Of a DNA stretch of 64,000 nucleotides, positions 52,460 through 62,278 are shown one piece after another; the first letter of the stretch is position 1, and each line of letters starts with the position of its first letter. Position numbers and translations under genes: made by a program. The notes below the pieces were generated by a model, which was not told the DNA's origin, searched no databases, and worked only from the letters and a program-made list of their open reading frames with translations. Source of the DNA: Xanthobacteraceae bacterium (GTDB lineage: Bacteria > Pseudomonadota > Alphaproteobacteria > Rhizobiales > Xanthobacteraceae); the NCBI GenBank assembly GCA_036562835.1, contig DATCJI010000356.1:44-64043 (forward strand), read 5' to 3'.

Positions 52460-54118
52460 TCAAGCCGCTGCTCTGCTTTGCATAGCAACGCCGGATCCGG
52501 AGGTGATGTCCACGCCGCGGGTGTCGCGCAAGAACAACGAGCCGACGATTACCGTCATGGCTGCCACTGCCATTGGATACCACAGACCGGCGTAAATGTC
52601 GCCCGTGGCAGCAACTATGGCAGTTGCCAGCAGCGGCAGCATTCCGCCGAACCACCCGTTGCCAATGTGATAGGGCAGCGACATCGAGGTATAGCGGATC
52701 TTGGTCGGGAACATCTCGACCAGGAAAGCCGCAATTGGCCCGTACACCATGGTGACGTAGATCACCATGATGACCAGGATCAGCTCCGCCATCACCCAAT
52801 TGACATTATTGAGATCGGCCTTAGCGGGGTAATTCGCAGCGCTGAACGCGGCTTGCCATTTGGCCTGGTCCCAACCGTCGACACGATTTCCGCCAAGTAC
52901 GAGGTCGACCTTGTCGCCCGCACCCGGCACGTTCTCCTTCTGGAACGAAAGCCCGAGCTTGGTCACGAAGTCCTGCGCACGATCGCAATTCGAAAACTTG
53001 GACCACGGACCGACGAAGATGTGGAGATGACATGTCGAGTTGTCAGCCCGCAGTGTGATCGGATTGTTGTTCGCGAACCTCTCGACAGCCGGATTGACAT
53101 AGTGCGTCAATCCCATGAAGAGCGGGTAATACGTGATTACTGCAATGGCGCATCCCGCCAGGATAATCTTCAGCCGCCCTATCCGATCGGATAGCCAGCC
53201 GAAGAAGATGAAAAACGGTGTGCCAATGATCAGAGACACTGCGATCAGCACGTAGCTCGAAATGAAGTCGAGCTTGAGCGTGATGAGCAGGAAGAAAAGC
53301 GCGTAGAACTGTCCCGTATACCAGACCACGCCCTGGCCGGCGGTAGCGCCGAGCAGCGCCAGGAGCACATATTTGTTGTTCGGATAACGGAAGAAGCTTT
53401 CCGTCAGCGGTGCCTTGGACCCTTTCCCTTCCTCCTTCATCCGCTGGAAGATCGGCGTCTCATTCAGCTTGAGGCGGATGTACACCGAGAAGATCAGCAG
53501 AATCAGCGAGACCAGGAACGGGATGCGCCATCCCCAATCGGCAAACATCTTCGCTTCCATGTACACGCGACAGACCCCGATCACCACCAAGGCGAGAAAG
53601 AATCCGAGGGTTGCGGTGGTTTGAATGAAGCTTGTGGAATAGCCGCGTTCGTCGGGCCGCGAGTGCTCAGCCACATAGGTGGCGGCGCCCCCGTACTCGC
53701 CGCCCAGGGCGAGGCCCTGGCAGAGGCGCAGGCTCACGAGCAGCACGGGTGCCGTCCACCCGATCTGTGAGAATGTCGGCAACAGGCCTACGAGAAATGT
53801 GGAAGCGCCCATCACCATGATGGTGACCAGGAACGTGTACTTGCGGCCGACGAGGTCTCCAATGCGGCCGAAAATCAGCGCCCCGAACGGACGCACCAGA
53901 AACCCGGCGGCATAGGTGGCGAACGCCGAAAGCAGGGCCGCAGTATCGTTGCCGGGCGGGAAGAACAACGCCGCAAAGAAAGGGGCCAGCGTGGCGTACA
54001 GGTAAAAGTCATACCACTCGAACACCGTTCCGAGCGATGACGCGAAGATGACGAACTTCTCCTCGCTCGTCATGCCGGCGCCGCGCGCCGAAGTCTGGGT
54101 CATAGTCGCCATGGGCAT
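52460..54118 (-). CDS. MFS transporter, metabolite:H+ symporter (ProP-like) family
   Basis: 552 aa with about 12 TM helices. It has GTVFEWYDFYLY and GALIFGRIGDLVGRK (MFS loop 2-3 motif). Confidence 0.85.
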   Translation of the reverse strand: MPMATMTQTSARGAGMTSEEKFVIFASSLGTVFEWYDFYLYATLAPFFAALFFPPGNDTAALLSAFATYAAGFLVRPFGALIFGRIGDLVGRKYTFLVTIMVMGASTFLVGLLPTFSQIGWTAPVLLVSLRLCQGLALGGEYGGAATYVAEHSRPDERGYSTSFIQTTATLGFFLALVVIGVCRVYMEAKMFADWGWRIPFLVSLILLIFSVYIRLKLNETPIFQRMKEEGKGSKAPLTESFFRYPNNKYVLLALLGATAGQGVVWYTGQFYALFFLLITLKLDFISSYVLIAVSLIIGTPFFIFFGWLSDRIGRLKIILAGCAIAVITYYPLFMGLTHYVNPAVERFANNNPITLRADNSTCHLHIFVGPWSKFSNCDRAQDFVTKLGLSFQKENVPGAGDKVDLVLGGNRVDGWDQAKWQAAFSAANYPAKADLNNVNWVMAELILVIMVIYVTMVYGPIAAFLVEMFPTKIRYTSMSLPYHIGNGWFGGMLPLLATAIVAATGDIYAGLWYPMAVAAMTVIVGSLFLRDTRGVDITSGSGVAMQSRAAA

Positions 54119-54442
54119 GCCCCCTGCGTTGGTGAACAGCCGTTCTCAACCCTCCCGAGTCGTTGCAAGCTCGGGTGCTGGATTGCGGCCAATTTTCAAA
54201 ACTAACACTGCAACGCCGAGGACCGTATACGACTTTCGGAGGGGGTGTCGCCGCGGCTCATTGTCTCGCGGCAGAGCCAAGCGCGGCACCCACGGCCACG
54301 TTGCGGTTTTGGGCGGCGCCGGCGATATTCTATGCTTATTCCGTGCCTGATCTCTTGCCGCGTCGCAGCACAGAGGCAAGGCTCCGGAATGAATGGGGCA
54401 ATCTCGCCGCCTTTTGCGCCTTTTAATGCGGCAGCTACCGTT

Positions 54443-55606
54443 TCACACCAGCTCCGGCCACGGCACGATCGTTGATTTGACCGTCTGCATCGCCATCGCA
54501 TCACTGACCGCGCGGGAGATGCCGTCCTCGTCGAAGGGGTAGAGCGTCTGCATCTCGTGCCAGGGGTATTTGTCGCGCGTGCGGTAGAGCATATCGACTC
54601 CGAGCGGCAGATCGTTGCCCGTAAAGCCCCAGGAGCCCAGCACATTAATGTCCTTGGCACAGATGCGGTGCCAGGACGTGTTGATGGAGCCCGCGTCGGT
54701 GAATTGGCCCATCTCCACATAGGTGCCGCCGTCGCGTAAAAACTCGATGCCTTCCGGCCCGGCGCTTGGATGGCCGGAGCAGTCCATGACCACGTCTGCG
54801 CCGAATCCGCCGACAATGTCGCGCACGCGCCTGACACGGTCCTCTGGTTGTTTCAGCTCCTCGATGTTGACTGTCGCTTCGGCGCCGAACTTGCGCGCGA
54901 GCGCCAGGCGCGGCAGCTCGGGAGCGCCGACACAGATGACGCGTCCGGCGCCCATCTCCCGTGCCGCGGCGATCGCGAGAATGCCGATAGGACCCGAGCC
55001 CTGGATGACGACGGTCTGCCCCCAGGAAAATCCGCCCGCGCGGATCGCGCGGTTGAAAGCGCGAATGCAGGACGTCAGCGGTTCCGATAAAGCGCCGAGC
55101 CGCAGCGCCATGTCGTCGGGCAACTTGTAGATTTTCGTTCCCGGCAACATGTCCAGATCCACATAGACGTATTCCGCCCACCCGCCCCACAAGTGCGGAG
55201 GTTTATCAAAGCCGAGATACCGCCCATAATAGACCGGGTTGAGGCACTTGTTGGCGTGCTCGGGGTAATGCACGCAGTAATAGCAGCGCCCGCACGGCAT
55301 CAGTGGCGGAATCATCACTTTCGATCCCACCGCAAGCGGCTTGCCCATGAAGTCTTCGGTGAACTCTTCTCCCGCCTCGACGACGACGCCCCCCAGCTCG
55401 TGCCCGAGCGTGAACGGCCAGGGCAATGGCTTGGGCCAGTGGCCTTTGAGAATGTGAAGATCGGTGCCGCACACCCCGCAGGCGCCAACCTTGATGAGAG
55501 CCGCCTTTTTCGGAACTTCCGGCCATTGCACGGACCGGATCACCGGCCGGGCGCCAGGTCCTGCGAAAGTCGCAACGCGGATCTCATCATTGCGCATGGG
55601 CGTCAA
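54443..55606 (-). CDS. Zn-dependent dehydrogenase (MDR superfamily)
   Basis: GACGVCGTDLH, GHELGG, a structural-Zn Cys cluster CGRCYYCVHYPEHANKC, and the Rossmann motif IQGSGPIG. Confidence 0.85.
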   Translation of the reverse strand: MTPMRNDEIRVATFAGPGARPVIRSVQWPEVPKKAALIKVGACGVCGTDLHILKGHWPKPLPWPFTLGHELGGVVVEAGEEFTEDFMGKPLAVGSKVMIPPLMPCGRCYYCVHYPEHANKCLNPVYYGRYLGFDKPPHLWGGWAEYVYVDLDMLPGTKIYKLPDDMALRLGALSEPLTSCIRAFNRAIRAGGFSWGQTVVIQGSGPIGILAIAAAREMGAGRVICVGAPELPRLALARKFGAEATVNIEELKQPEDRVRRVRDIVGGFGADVVMDCSGHPSAGPEGIEFLRDGGTYVEMGQFTDAGSINTSWHRICAKDINVLGSWGFTGNDLPLGVDMLYRTRDKYPWHEMQTLYPFDEDGISRAVSDAMAMQTVKSTIVPWPELV

Positions 55607-57348
55607 CTCATTGAAGCGCGCAGGCGCAGAGTCGCTTCCAGGTCGGGCCGACCTTTGTTGTCGAGCAGAACGCCGTAGTCACAACGCGCTTCTTCCTCGC
55701 TGATCAGTCCGTCGCGCACGTCATCAGCAACGCGTTGCGGATCGCGCTTTTTCGGGTCGCCAAAACCGCCGCCGCCCGGCAGCTCGAGACGAATGGCATC
55801 GCCTGCGGGCACGGTCTGGCGGCCCTTTGGTTTGATTGGCCGGGCGGAGCGCAGCGACACCGCGCCCGGAGCGCCAGGGCGCCCGCCGTCTCGCCCGCGC
55901 GCCGGGTTGTGCAGGCGTTCGAAATTGCACAACAGCGCAATTGGGATCGAACCCGCACCGCCGAGCTCGATTACCTGGCCAAGTCCGCCGCGGAATTCGC
56001 CGGCGCCGCCTGAATGCTCGCGAAACTCGCGGCGATAAAAAACGATTGGAGCGATGCTCTCGGTCGCTTCTACTGGTATCGTGCGGACGCCCGAGGGAGA
56101 CGCTGTTGCGCTCAGCCCGTCCTTGCCTGGCCGCGCGCCCGCACCGCCGCAGTGAAAAATAACCGTGCTGAATTCGGGGAGTGCACTGGCGTCGCTGCGT
56201 TCCTCCGGCTCGTCAACCAGCGAACCACCCCCGAAGATCTGCGGATTCCATAGCGAGGAGGCGCCTTCGGCCGCGACGCCGCCTCGCATCACCTGATGCA
56301 GGCAGCCGAACACGACATCGGGGAGCATGTGGCCAACCGTGTGCCGCGCCGCCACCGGCCATGGCCGTTTGGCGTTAAGGACGCAGCCTTCGGGGGCGCT
56401 CACCGCAATGGGCGCGAGTGAGCCCGCATTGTTCGGCACTTCAGGCGCCACGAGGCATTTCACGCCAAAAGCCGTGTAGGCCAAACAGTAATTGTACACG
56501 ACATTGATGCCATGAGACGAGGCGGGTGAAGTGCCGCCGAAGTCCACATGAATTCCATTCCCGGAAATGGTCAATGCGGCGCTCAAGGTGAGCGGCTTGT
56601 CGTAGCCGTCCATCGTAAGCGTATTGCGGTACGTGCCGCGGGGCAGTGCGCGAATGCGCTCGAGTGTCGCTACGCGTGATGCATCCACGATCGAATCACC
56701 AAGCCGGTCAAGATTGGCTATCTCGAACTCATTCATCATCTCGATCAGGCGCCGGCTGCCCTCGTCATTCGATGCTGCGGTGGCATAGATATCCCCCTCG
56801 ACCTGCAGTGGCTCGCGCACATTTGCGCGCACGAGCCTGAGCAAATCCTCGTTCATAGCCCCGGCACGGGCGAGCGGCATGATGGGAATGGCCAGACCCT
56901 CCTCGAACACCTGCCGTCCATCCGGCCCCATGCCGAGCCCGCCGATATCGACGACATGGATCGTATTGGCGAACAAGGCGACGGGCTCGCCGCGATAGAA
57001 GCTTGGCGTCACCACGGTAATGTCGTGCAAGTGCCCCGATGTCAGCCAGGGATCGTTGGTGATGTAATGGTCTCCGGGTTTCATCGTGGCCAGCGGATAC
57101 ACATCGAGAAAATGTCGCACCGCATTTGCCATCGAGTTGACGTGGCCGGGGGTACCTGTGACGGCTTGGGCGAGCATGCGCCCGTGGCGATCGAACACGC
57201 CCGCTGAGAGATCTCCGGCCTCGCGCACGGAAGTGCTGAACGCGGTGCGCAGCATCGTCTGCGCCTGCTCCTCCACGACCGCGATCAGGCGGCTCCACAT
57301 TATTTGCGTGTGTATCTGGGCGAGTGCCGCGTTTGCACGTGCGACCAT
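55603..57348 (-). CDS. hyuB: hydantoinase B/oxoprolinase family protein
   Basis: 581 aa. It has MWSRLIAVVEEQAQTMLRTAFS..VREAGDLSAGVFD, the typical HyuB N-terminus. Its stop overlaps the start of the downstream dehydrogenase gene (ATGA-type overlap). Confidence 0.9.
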   Translation of the reverse strand: MVARANAALAQIHTQIMWSRLIAVVEEQAQTMLRTAFSTSVREAGDLSAGVFDRHGRMLAQAVTGTPGHVNSMANAVRHFLDVYPLATMKPGDHYITNDPWLTSGHLHDITVVTPSFYRGEPVALFANTIHVVDIGGLGMGPDGRQVFEEGLAIPIMPLARAGAMNEDLLRLVRANVREPLQVEGDIYATAASNDEGSRRLIEMMNEFEIANLDRLGDSIVDASRVATLERIRALPRGTYRNTLTMDGYDKPLTLSAALTISGNGIHVDFGGTSPASSHGINVVYNYCLAYTAFGVKCLVAPEVPNNAGSLAPIAVSAPEGCVLNAKRPWPVAARHTVGHMLPDVVFGCLHQVMRGGVAAEGASSLWNPQIFGGGSLVDEPEERSDASALPEFSTVIFHCGGAGARPGKDGLSATASPSGVRTIPVEATESIAPIVFYRREFREHSGGAGEFRGGLGQVIELGGAGSIPIALLCNFERLHNPARGRDGGRPGAPGAVSLRSARPIKPKGRQTVPAGDAIRLELPGGGGFGDPKKRDPQRVADDVRDGLISEEEARCDYGVLLDNKGRPDLEATLRLRASMS

Positions 57349-57350
57349 GA

Positions 57351-59432
57351 TCAGCCTTCGCGCCGGGTAAGCTCAATATAGCCGAACCTGTCGATGCGCG
57401 CGTCGAAAGCCGCACCCACAACCGTGGATGTCTCGCGCTCGGCGATGATTGCGGGACCCCGGATACGCGCCCCCGGACCAAGATCGTCTCGCCAGTAAGT
57501 GGGCACGTCGCCAAACTCGGCAGTCTCCGGATTGAACACCGGTCTGCGAGTGCGGGGTTTTGGCTCGACCGGCTGCTCCGGAGCGATATCGGCGAGGTGA
57601 CCTTCTGCAGGCGCGCTCAGGGCAATCACCCAGCTCAAAATCTCGATCTCAACGTGCGGGATCGTCCGGCTATAGAGGGTACGATATGCCTTCTCAAACA
57701 TCGTGCGGATGAGCGATGCATCCTCGGCTGTGAACAGGCGTACGGGGAGTTCGACTGCAATCTCATGTCCCTGGCCTCGGTAACGCATGAAAGCCGAGCG
57801 CCGCTCGACCAGATTGGCGATTGGGGCGGCGGGCCGGACGATGTTTTCTGCTTCGGCGCGCATCTCTCCGAACAGGCGGTTGGCGGACGCAGCATCGAAG
57901 CTGCCGAGAAGCATCAGCCGGCTGCGCACGATCTCATAGGCGACCGGAGCGCGGAGGAGACCGATGGCCGAGCCTACGCCCGCATTGGCCGGCACAAGGA
58001 CCCGACTGATACCGATCTTTTCTGCCAACCGGACCGCATGCAGCGGTGCCGCGCCGCCGAACGCGACGAGCGTGCGCGCGCGCAGATCCTTGCCGCTTTC
58101 GATGGCATGCACGCGTGCTGCATTGGCCATTGCCTCCTCGACGACTTCGCTGATCCCGAGCGCGGCGTGCTCGGCCGAAAGATCGAGCGCCGCGCCGATG
58201 CGCTCTGCAATGGCCTTTTTGGCGCCGTTCGCGTCCAGACGAAGGTCGCCGCCGGAGAACGTTTCCGGGTCAATGCGACCGAGCACTAAATCGGCATCGG
58301 TGACGGCCGGCTCTCGGCCGCCGCGCCCATAACAGACGGGCCCGGGTTCCGCGCCTGCGCTGTCGGGGCCCACGGTAATGCGACGCAACGCATCGATGCG
58401 GGCAATCGACCCGCCTCCTGCCCCGATCTCCACCATCTCAATTGCGGGAATGCGCAAAGGTAACCCGCTTCCCTTCAGAAATCGATAAACCCGCGCAACC
58501 TCGAACGCCCGCGCTGTCTGCGGCCGGCCGGCATCGATGAGGCAAATCTTTGCGGTCGTACCGCCCATGTCGAACGATAGGACCTCGGGCAGTCCGTGCT
58601 GGCGAGCAATGCAGGCGGCAAAAATTGCGCCCGCGGCCGGGCCCGATTCCACGAGCCGCACGGGAAAGCGAATTGCCGTCTCGGCCGCGGTAATACCGCC
58701 GCCCGAAGTCATCAACACCAAGGGGCATCTGAACCCGGCCTGCGCCAGCTCGCGCTGAAGCGTTGCGATATAAGTACCGATGACCGGTTGGATGTATGCG
58801 TTGGCGCACGCTGTGGAAAACCGTTCGTATTCCCGCATTTCCGGTGAGACCTCGCAGGAAAGCGTGACCGCCATTTGCGGAAAGCGCTGCGCAAGCAGAG
58901 CGCCGACGCGTTGCTCGTGCTCCGGGTTGGTGAAGCTGTGCAAAAACCCGATGGCGACTGCCTCAACCGCATGGGCCGTGAGCTGATCGAGCGCCCGCAT
59001 CGCGCTCGCCTCATCGAGTGGGACCAGAATTTCGCCGTGCGCGCCCACCCGCTCGCGCACCGGAAAGCGCAGTCGCCGCGGCACGAGCGGCGGCGGCAAA
59101 TCGATATTCAGATCATATTGCTCAAACCGATTTTCATGACGAATCTCGAGGACGTCGCGAAAGCCCTCGGTCGTGAGCAGGGCAGTCTTGGCGCCCTTGC
59201 GTTCAATCAGAGCATTCGTAGCGAGCGTCGTTCCGTGGATAATCAGTTCCACGTCCTGCGGAACGATCTTCGCTTTGGTGATGACGGCGCGCACGGACGT
59301 GAGAACGCCCTCTGCGGGCGTCCGCGAGGTCGTCAGAATCTTCGCTGTGAAGCGTCGTCCGCTCCACTCGAGCGCCACGTCCGTGAACGTGCCGCCGATA
59401 TCGATGCCCAGCCTGGCTGCGGGTGAGTTCAC
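57351..59432 (-). CDS. hyuA: hydantoinase/oxoprolinase A family protein
   Basis: 693 aa. It has LGIDIGGTFTDVAL, the ASKHA-fold N-terminus, and lies 2 nt upstream of hyuB. Confidence 0.9.
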   Translation of the reverse strand: MNSPAARLGIDIGGTFTDVALEWSGRRFTAKILTTSRTPAEGVLTSVRAVITKAKIVPQDVELIIHGTTLATNALIERKGAKTALLTTEGFRDVLEIRHENRFEQYDLNIDLPPPLVPRRLRFPVRERVGAHGEILVPLDEASAMRALDQLTAHAVEAVAIGFLHSFTNPEHEQRVGALLAQRFPQMAVTLSCEVSPEMREYERFSTACANAYIQPVIGTYIATLQRELAQAGFRCPLVLMTSGGGITAAETAIRFPVRLVESGPAAGAIFAACIARQHGLPEVLSFDMGGTTAKICLIDAGRPQTARAFEVARVYRFLKGSGLPLRIPAIEMVEIGAGGGSIARIDALRRITVGPDSAGAEPGPVCYGRGGREPAVTDADLVLGRIDPETFSGGDLRLDANGAKKAIAERIGAALDLSAEHAALGISEVVEEAMANAARVHAIESGKDLRARTLVAFGGAAPLHAVRLAEKIGISRVLVPANAGVGSAIGLLRAPVAYEIVRSRLMLLGSFDAASANRLFGEMRAEAENIVRPAAPIANLVERRSAFMRYRGQGHEIAVELPVRLFTAEDASLIRTMFEKAYRTLYSRTIPHVEIEILSWVIALSAPAEGHLADIAPEQPVEPKPRTRRPVFNPETAEFGDVPTYWRDDLGPGARIRGPAIIAERETSTVVGAAFDARIDRFGYIELTRREG

Positions 59433-59488
59433 GCGCGATTAGAGCGGGATGGCGGTCCGTTTCGGTGCTCCGCTCTGCTCGTTTGGCG

Positions 59489-59537
59489 GAGCATGAGCTT
59501 CCCCGAAAACCGGTTCCCGCTTTTCGGGCTCATGCTC
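59489..59537 (-). terminator. compound 17-bp stem-loop downstream of the HlyD-like gene
   Basis: gagcatgagc(ttcc)ccgaaaa-N11-ttttcgggctcatgctc. There is no U-tract on the minus strand, so its function as a terminator is uncertain. Confidence 0.4.
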
Positions 59538-59541
59538 TAGG

Positions 59542-60564
59542 CTAATGCGTGGGCTCGGACTGCGCCTGCGGCATGAAATAAACGTCTACTTTCATACCGA
59601 CGGGGAGCGGCCCTGCATCAGACAATTCGGCAAACGTTTCCACCACCCTTGCATCCTCTTTCTTTCCGGTTCTGATGCGCGGCCGCTCCACAATCGGCGC
59701 GATAAAAGAAACTTTTCCGCTGAACTCGCGATCGGGAAAGGCAGCGGCGCGCACGATAACCGACTCGCCGACGCTGATGTCCGCGAAATCGTCCTCGTCT
59801 ACCTCCGCGCGCACTCGCAATTTCGAGACATCGCCGAACAGCACAAGAGGCTGCGTCGAGGTGGGGCCCGCAATCTCCCCTGCTTTTGCATTCACCTGCA
59901 GCACCCTGCCCAGACTCGGCGCCCGAATGCGCATGTTCTCGACCCCGGCATAGGCCGCCGACAATTCGGCACGGGCGACGTTGAACTGGCCTTCCACCTG
60001 CGTCGGCAAAGGCATGCCGGCCTGTGCCTCGACCCTGCGCAATTCAATCTGCTGGTTTTTGAGCTGATCCTGCAGCCGCGCCAATTTCGCGCGCGCCTGG
60101 TCAATCGCGGGCTGCGCTGCGCCGTCCCGGCGTTTTGTGGCCGCGGCGAGATCGAGCGCGTTTTGTGCATCGAACACCGCGCTCTCGCTATCAGCAACTG
60201 CATCCTCGGCCTTGCGCCGCTGCGCTGCTTTACCGGAGACCGCCTCATCATTGCGCGCGCGTTTTTGCATCGCGAACTGCGCCTGCGCCTTCGCAAGCCG
60301 TGCGCGCGCGTCCGCTTCATCCAGTCGGATCAGAAGCTCGCCTGTAAAAACCTGGTCGTTCGCATTGACCAGGACATCGGCGACCCGCCCTGTCACCGTG
60401 CTCATGATCCTGATTTCGCCGGAGGCGGGCTCAACCTTGCCAGCTGCGACCGCGCGCCACTGCTTGTCGGCAAGCCTTTCGGCCGCACCTGCCGGTGCCC
60501 CCTGTTGTCCCAACGCGGTGAGCGTCAGCGAAAACACGGCAAGTATGGCGACTTTCATGGCCAT
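59542..60564 (-). CDS. HlyD-family periplasmic adaptor (membrane-fusion) protein
   Basis: Signal/anchor MAMKVAILAVFSLTLTAL. It has a lipoyl-like part (VTGRVADVLVNANDQVFTGELLIRLD), a long coiled-coil and a beta-barrel (MRIRAPSLGRVLQVNAKAGE). I chose the ATG at 60564 over the 522-aa ORF extension. Confidence 0.75.
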   Translation of the reverse strand: MAMKVAILAVFSLTLTALGQQGAPAGAAERLADKQWRAVAAGKVEPASGEIRIMSTVTGRVADVLVNANDQVFTGELLIRLDEADARARLAKAQAQFAMQKRARNDEAVSGKAAQRRKAEDAVADSESAVFDAQNALDLAAATKRRDGAAQPAIDQARAKLARLQDQLKNQQIELRRVEAQAGMPLPTQVEGQFNVARAELSAAYAGVENMRIRAPSLGRVLQVNAKAGEIAGPTSTQPLVLFGDVSKLRVRAEVDEDDFADISVGESVIVRAAAFPDREFSGKVSFIAPIVERPRIRTGKKEDARVVETFAELSDAGPLPVGMKVDVYFMPQAQSEPTH

Positions 60565-60699
60565 AGAGCACAATTCACCACGGGGTGTTGACGTGCGCAT
60601 CACGCTTGCTCGCCTGCTCCTTCTTTTCTTTTCATCCCTGCCCTCGGCGAAATGCTGCATTATAATGAGCCCAGACATTCGTGCCATGGATCGAGCGCG

Positions 60700-61383
60700 A
60701 TGAACAAACCTGATCTTCATTTGACCGGCGTTTTGGGCGCTTTGCCGGTCGAATTGACCAGTGCCCTCTTCGCGAAGCCGCGACCGCTTACGCTGAAAGC
60801 CGATCAGGCCTTGTTCATGGCGGGAGACGAGGGAAATGGCTGCTATCGCATCGACGAAGGGCTTCTCAAAGCGAGCGTCAGTGCCCCGAACGGCAACGAG
60901 CGCATTCTGGCCATATTGGGGCCAGGCGCCGTCGTAGGCGAGCTCTCGATGATCGACCGCGCACCTCGGTCGGCATCCGTGTTTGCAATCCGTGATTCGA
61001 AGCTGAGCTTCGTCAGCAGAACGGCATTCGAGAGCTTCGGTCAGGAGAGCCCCGAGCTGTGGCGTCAAGTCATGGTGTTGCTGGCGCGGCGGTTGCGGAG
61101 CACCAACCAAGCGCTCGCGGCCACAAGCTTCCTGTCCGTCAGGGGCCGGGTTGCCCGCTCCCTCCTTGCGCTTGGAGAAGCATTCGGCCGGGACGTCGGA
61201 CAGGGACGTATTCTCGTTCGGCAGAAAATGACGCAGAGCGATCTTGCCGCCATGGCGGGCATTGCACGCGAAAACGTCAGCCGCGTCCTGAAGGACTGGA
61301 TGGATCGGAAATGGCTCAGCCGGCTGGCAGGGTATTATTGTCTCGAGAACCGAAAAGCGATCGAGGACGAATCCGAGCTGTAG
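60700..61383 (+). CDS. Crp/Fnr-family transcriptional regulator
   Basis: A cNMP-binding beta-roll (CYRIDEGLLK...LGPGAVVGELSMID) and a C-terminal HTH (MTQSDLAAMAGIARENVSRVLKDW). It has no N-terminal Fnr Cys cluster. Confidence 0.85.
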   Translation: MNKPDLHLTGVLGALPVELTSALFAKPRPLTLKADQALFMAGDEGNGCYRIDEGLLKASVSAPNGNERILAILGPGAVVGELSMIDRAPRSASVFAIRDSKLSFVSRTAFESFGQESPELWRQVMVLLARRLRSTNQALAATSFLSVRGRVARSLLALGEAFGRDVGQGRILVRQKMTQSDLAAMAGIARENVSRVLKDWMDRKWLSRLAGYYCLENRKAIEDESEL

Positions 61384-61404
61384 TTCCTTCGTTTGTCGTC
61401 CGAT

Positions 61405-62136
61405 TCACCGTCTCGACGAATAATAATAGTAGTCCTGGATTGAGGTCGGGTGGATAACGATCATGCGCGGGGCGCCATCGTTGGCGTAGGCATTTAATGG
61501 AAGATCGCGCAACTTGTCATCAAACCTGCGCACGGCGCGCCGCGCCTCTCTTGTTCTTTTCTCGGCATTATCGTCTGCCGCGCGCGCGGGCTTCGCCACC
61601 GGCCGGCTAGCGTGCGCTGACGATCGCTTCGGACGTGCTGGCACGCTCGGTTCTATCGTCATCTTCGAAGGCCGCGGAATCGTCTCCGGCTTGGCCGCCT
61701 GCATTTCTTCCTGAACAGCCCTTGATTGCTCCTGTACAGGCGCAGGTGAAGGGGTCACAGGTGGCTCAGTAGTGAGACTTTCCGGTTGCTGCGCGAACGC
61801 GGATTTAGTGGCACTGCCGCTTTCGCTGCTTTCCGCGCGCTCATCGTGCGTAAGCGGGCGCTGTGCTTCTTCGGAATTGGTCAGTTCGGAATTGGTCAAC
61901 GGGCGCCCGGAGACCGGCGGGAGCGCTGTCGTTTTCTCCGCTGCCGGCGGGAGCTGCTGTGTCTCTGCTCGTGCCCAGGGCATTCCGCGTGGCGCATCAG
62001 CGCCGACCATTTCAGCCCGGTCGAGCGCAACGGGTACAAAAACCACGGCGAGCGCGATCACGCCCGCGAAGACGAGAGAACTTGCCGCGATGAGCGAGCA
62101 TCGATGCCAATCCAAGAGCTGTATCTCCTGACGCAA
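61405..62136 (-). CDS. hypothetical membrane-anchored protein, low-complexity Pro/Ala/Glu-rich
   Basis: N-terminal TM helix LIAASSLVFAGVIALAVVFVPVAL and a tandem LTNSELTNSE. The putative start is TTG. No family recognised. Confidence 0.45.
   Translation of the reverse strand: MRQEIQLLDWHRCSLIAASSLVFAGVIALAVVFVPVALDRAEMVGADAPRGMPWARAETQQLPPAAEKTTALPPVSGRPLTNSELTNSEEAQRPLTHDERAESSESGSATKSAFAQQPESLTTEPPVTPSPAPVQEQSRAVQEEMQAAKPETIPRPSKMTIEPSVPARPKRSSAHASRPVAKPARAADDNAEKRTREARRAVRRFDDKLRDLPLNAYANDGAPRMIVIHPTSIQDYYYYSSRR
61870..61899. repeat. 15-bp x2 perfect-to-near-perfect tandem repeat (encodes LTNSE-LTNSE)
   Basis: ttcggaattggtcag / ttcggaattggtcaa, read directly. Confidence 0.8.
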
Positions 62137-62278
62137 TGATGGACCGCCGTTGCGCGTCTCGTAAAGAATGGCGGCCTCTCGGTTAGTTATTGTATAGCAC
62201 CCGAGTTTGGCCTGCCAGCCGAGCCAATAATCGTGCTGAACGGCAACCGGTAATCAAGTAAACCTCTGGGTGGGCACC

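Noticed and set aside
60588-60603. Possible Fnr/Crp box TTGAC-GTGCGC-ATCA in the hlyD/crp divergent promoter region
   Set aside because: The half-site spacing is TGA-N8-TCA rather than the canonical TGA-N6-TCA, and the flanks do not match TTGAT/ATCAA. This is probably chance.
59542-61110. 522-aa version of the HlyD ORF
   Set aside because: The N-terminal 182 aa overlap the divergent Crp-family gene and look like shadow translation. The lipoprotein/anchor-like MAMKVAILAVF start at 60564 gives a normal-size adaptor.
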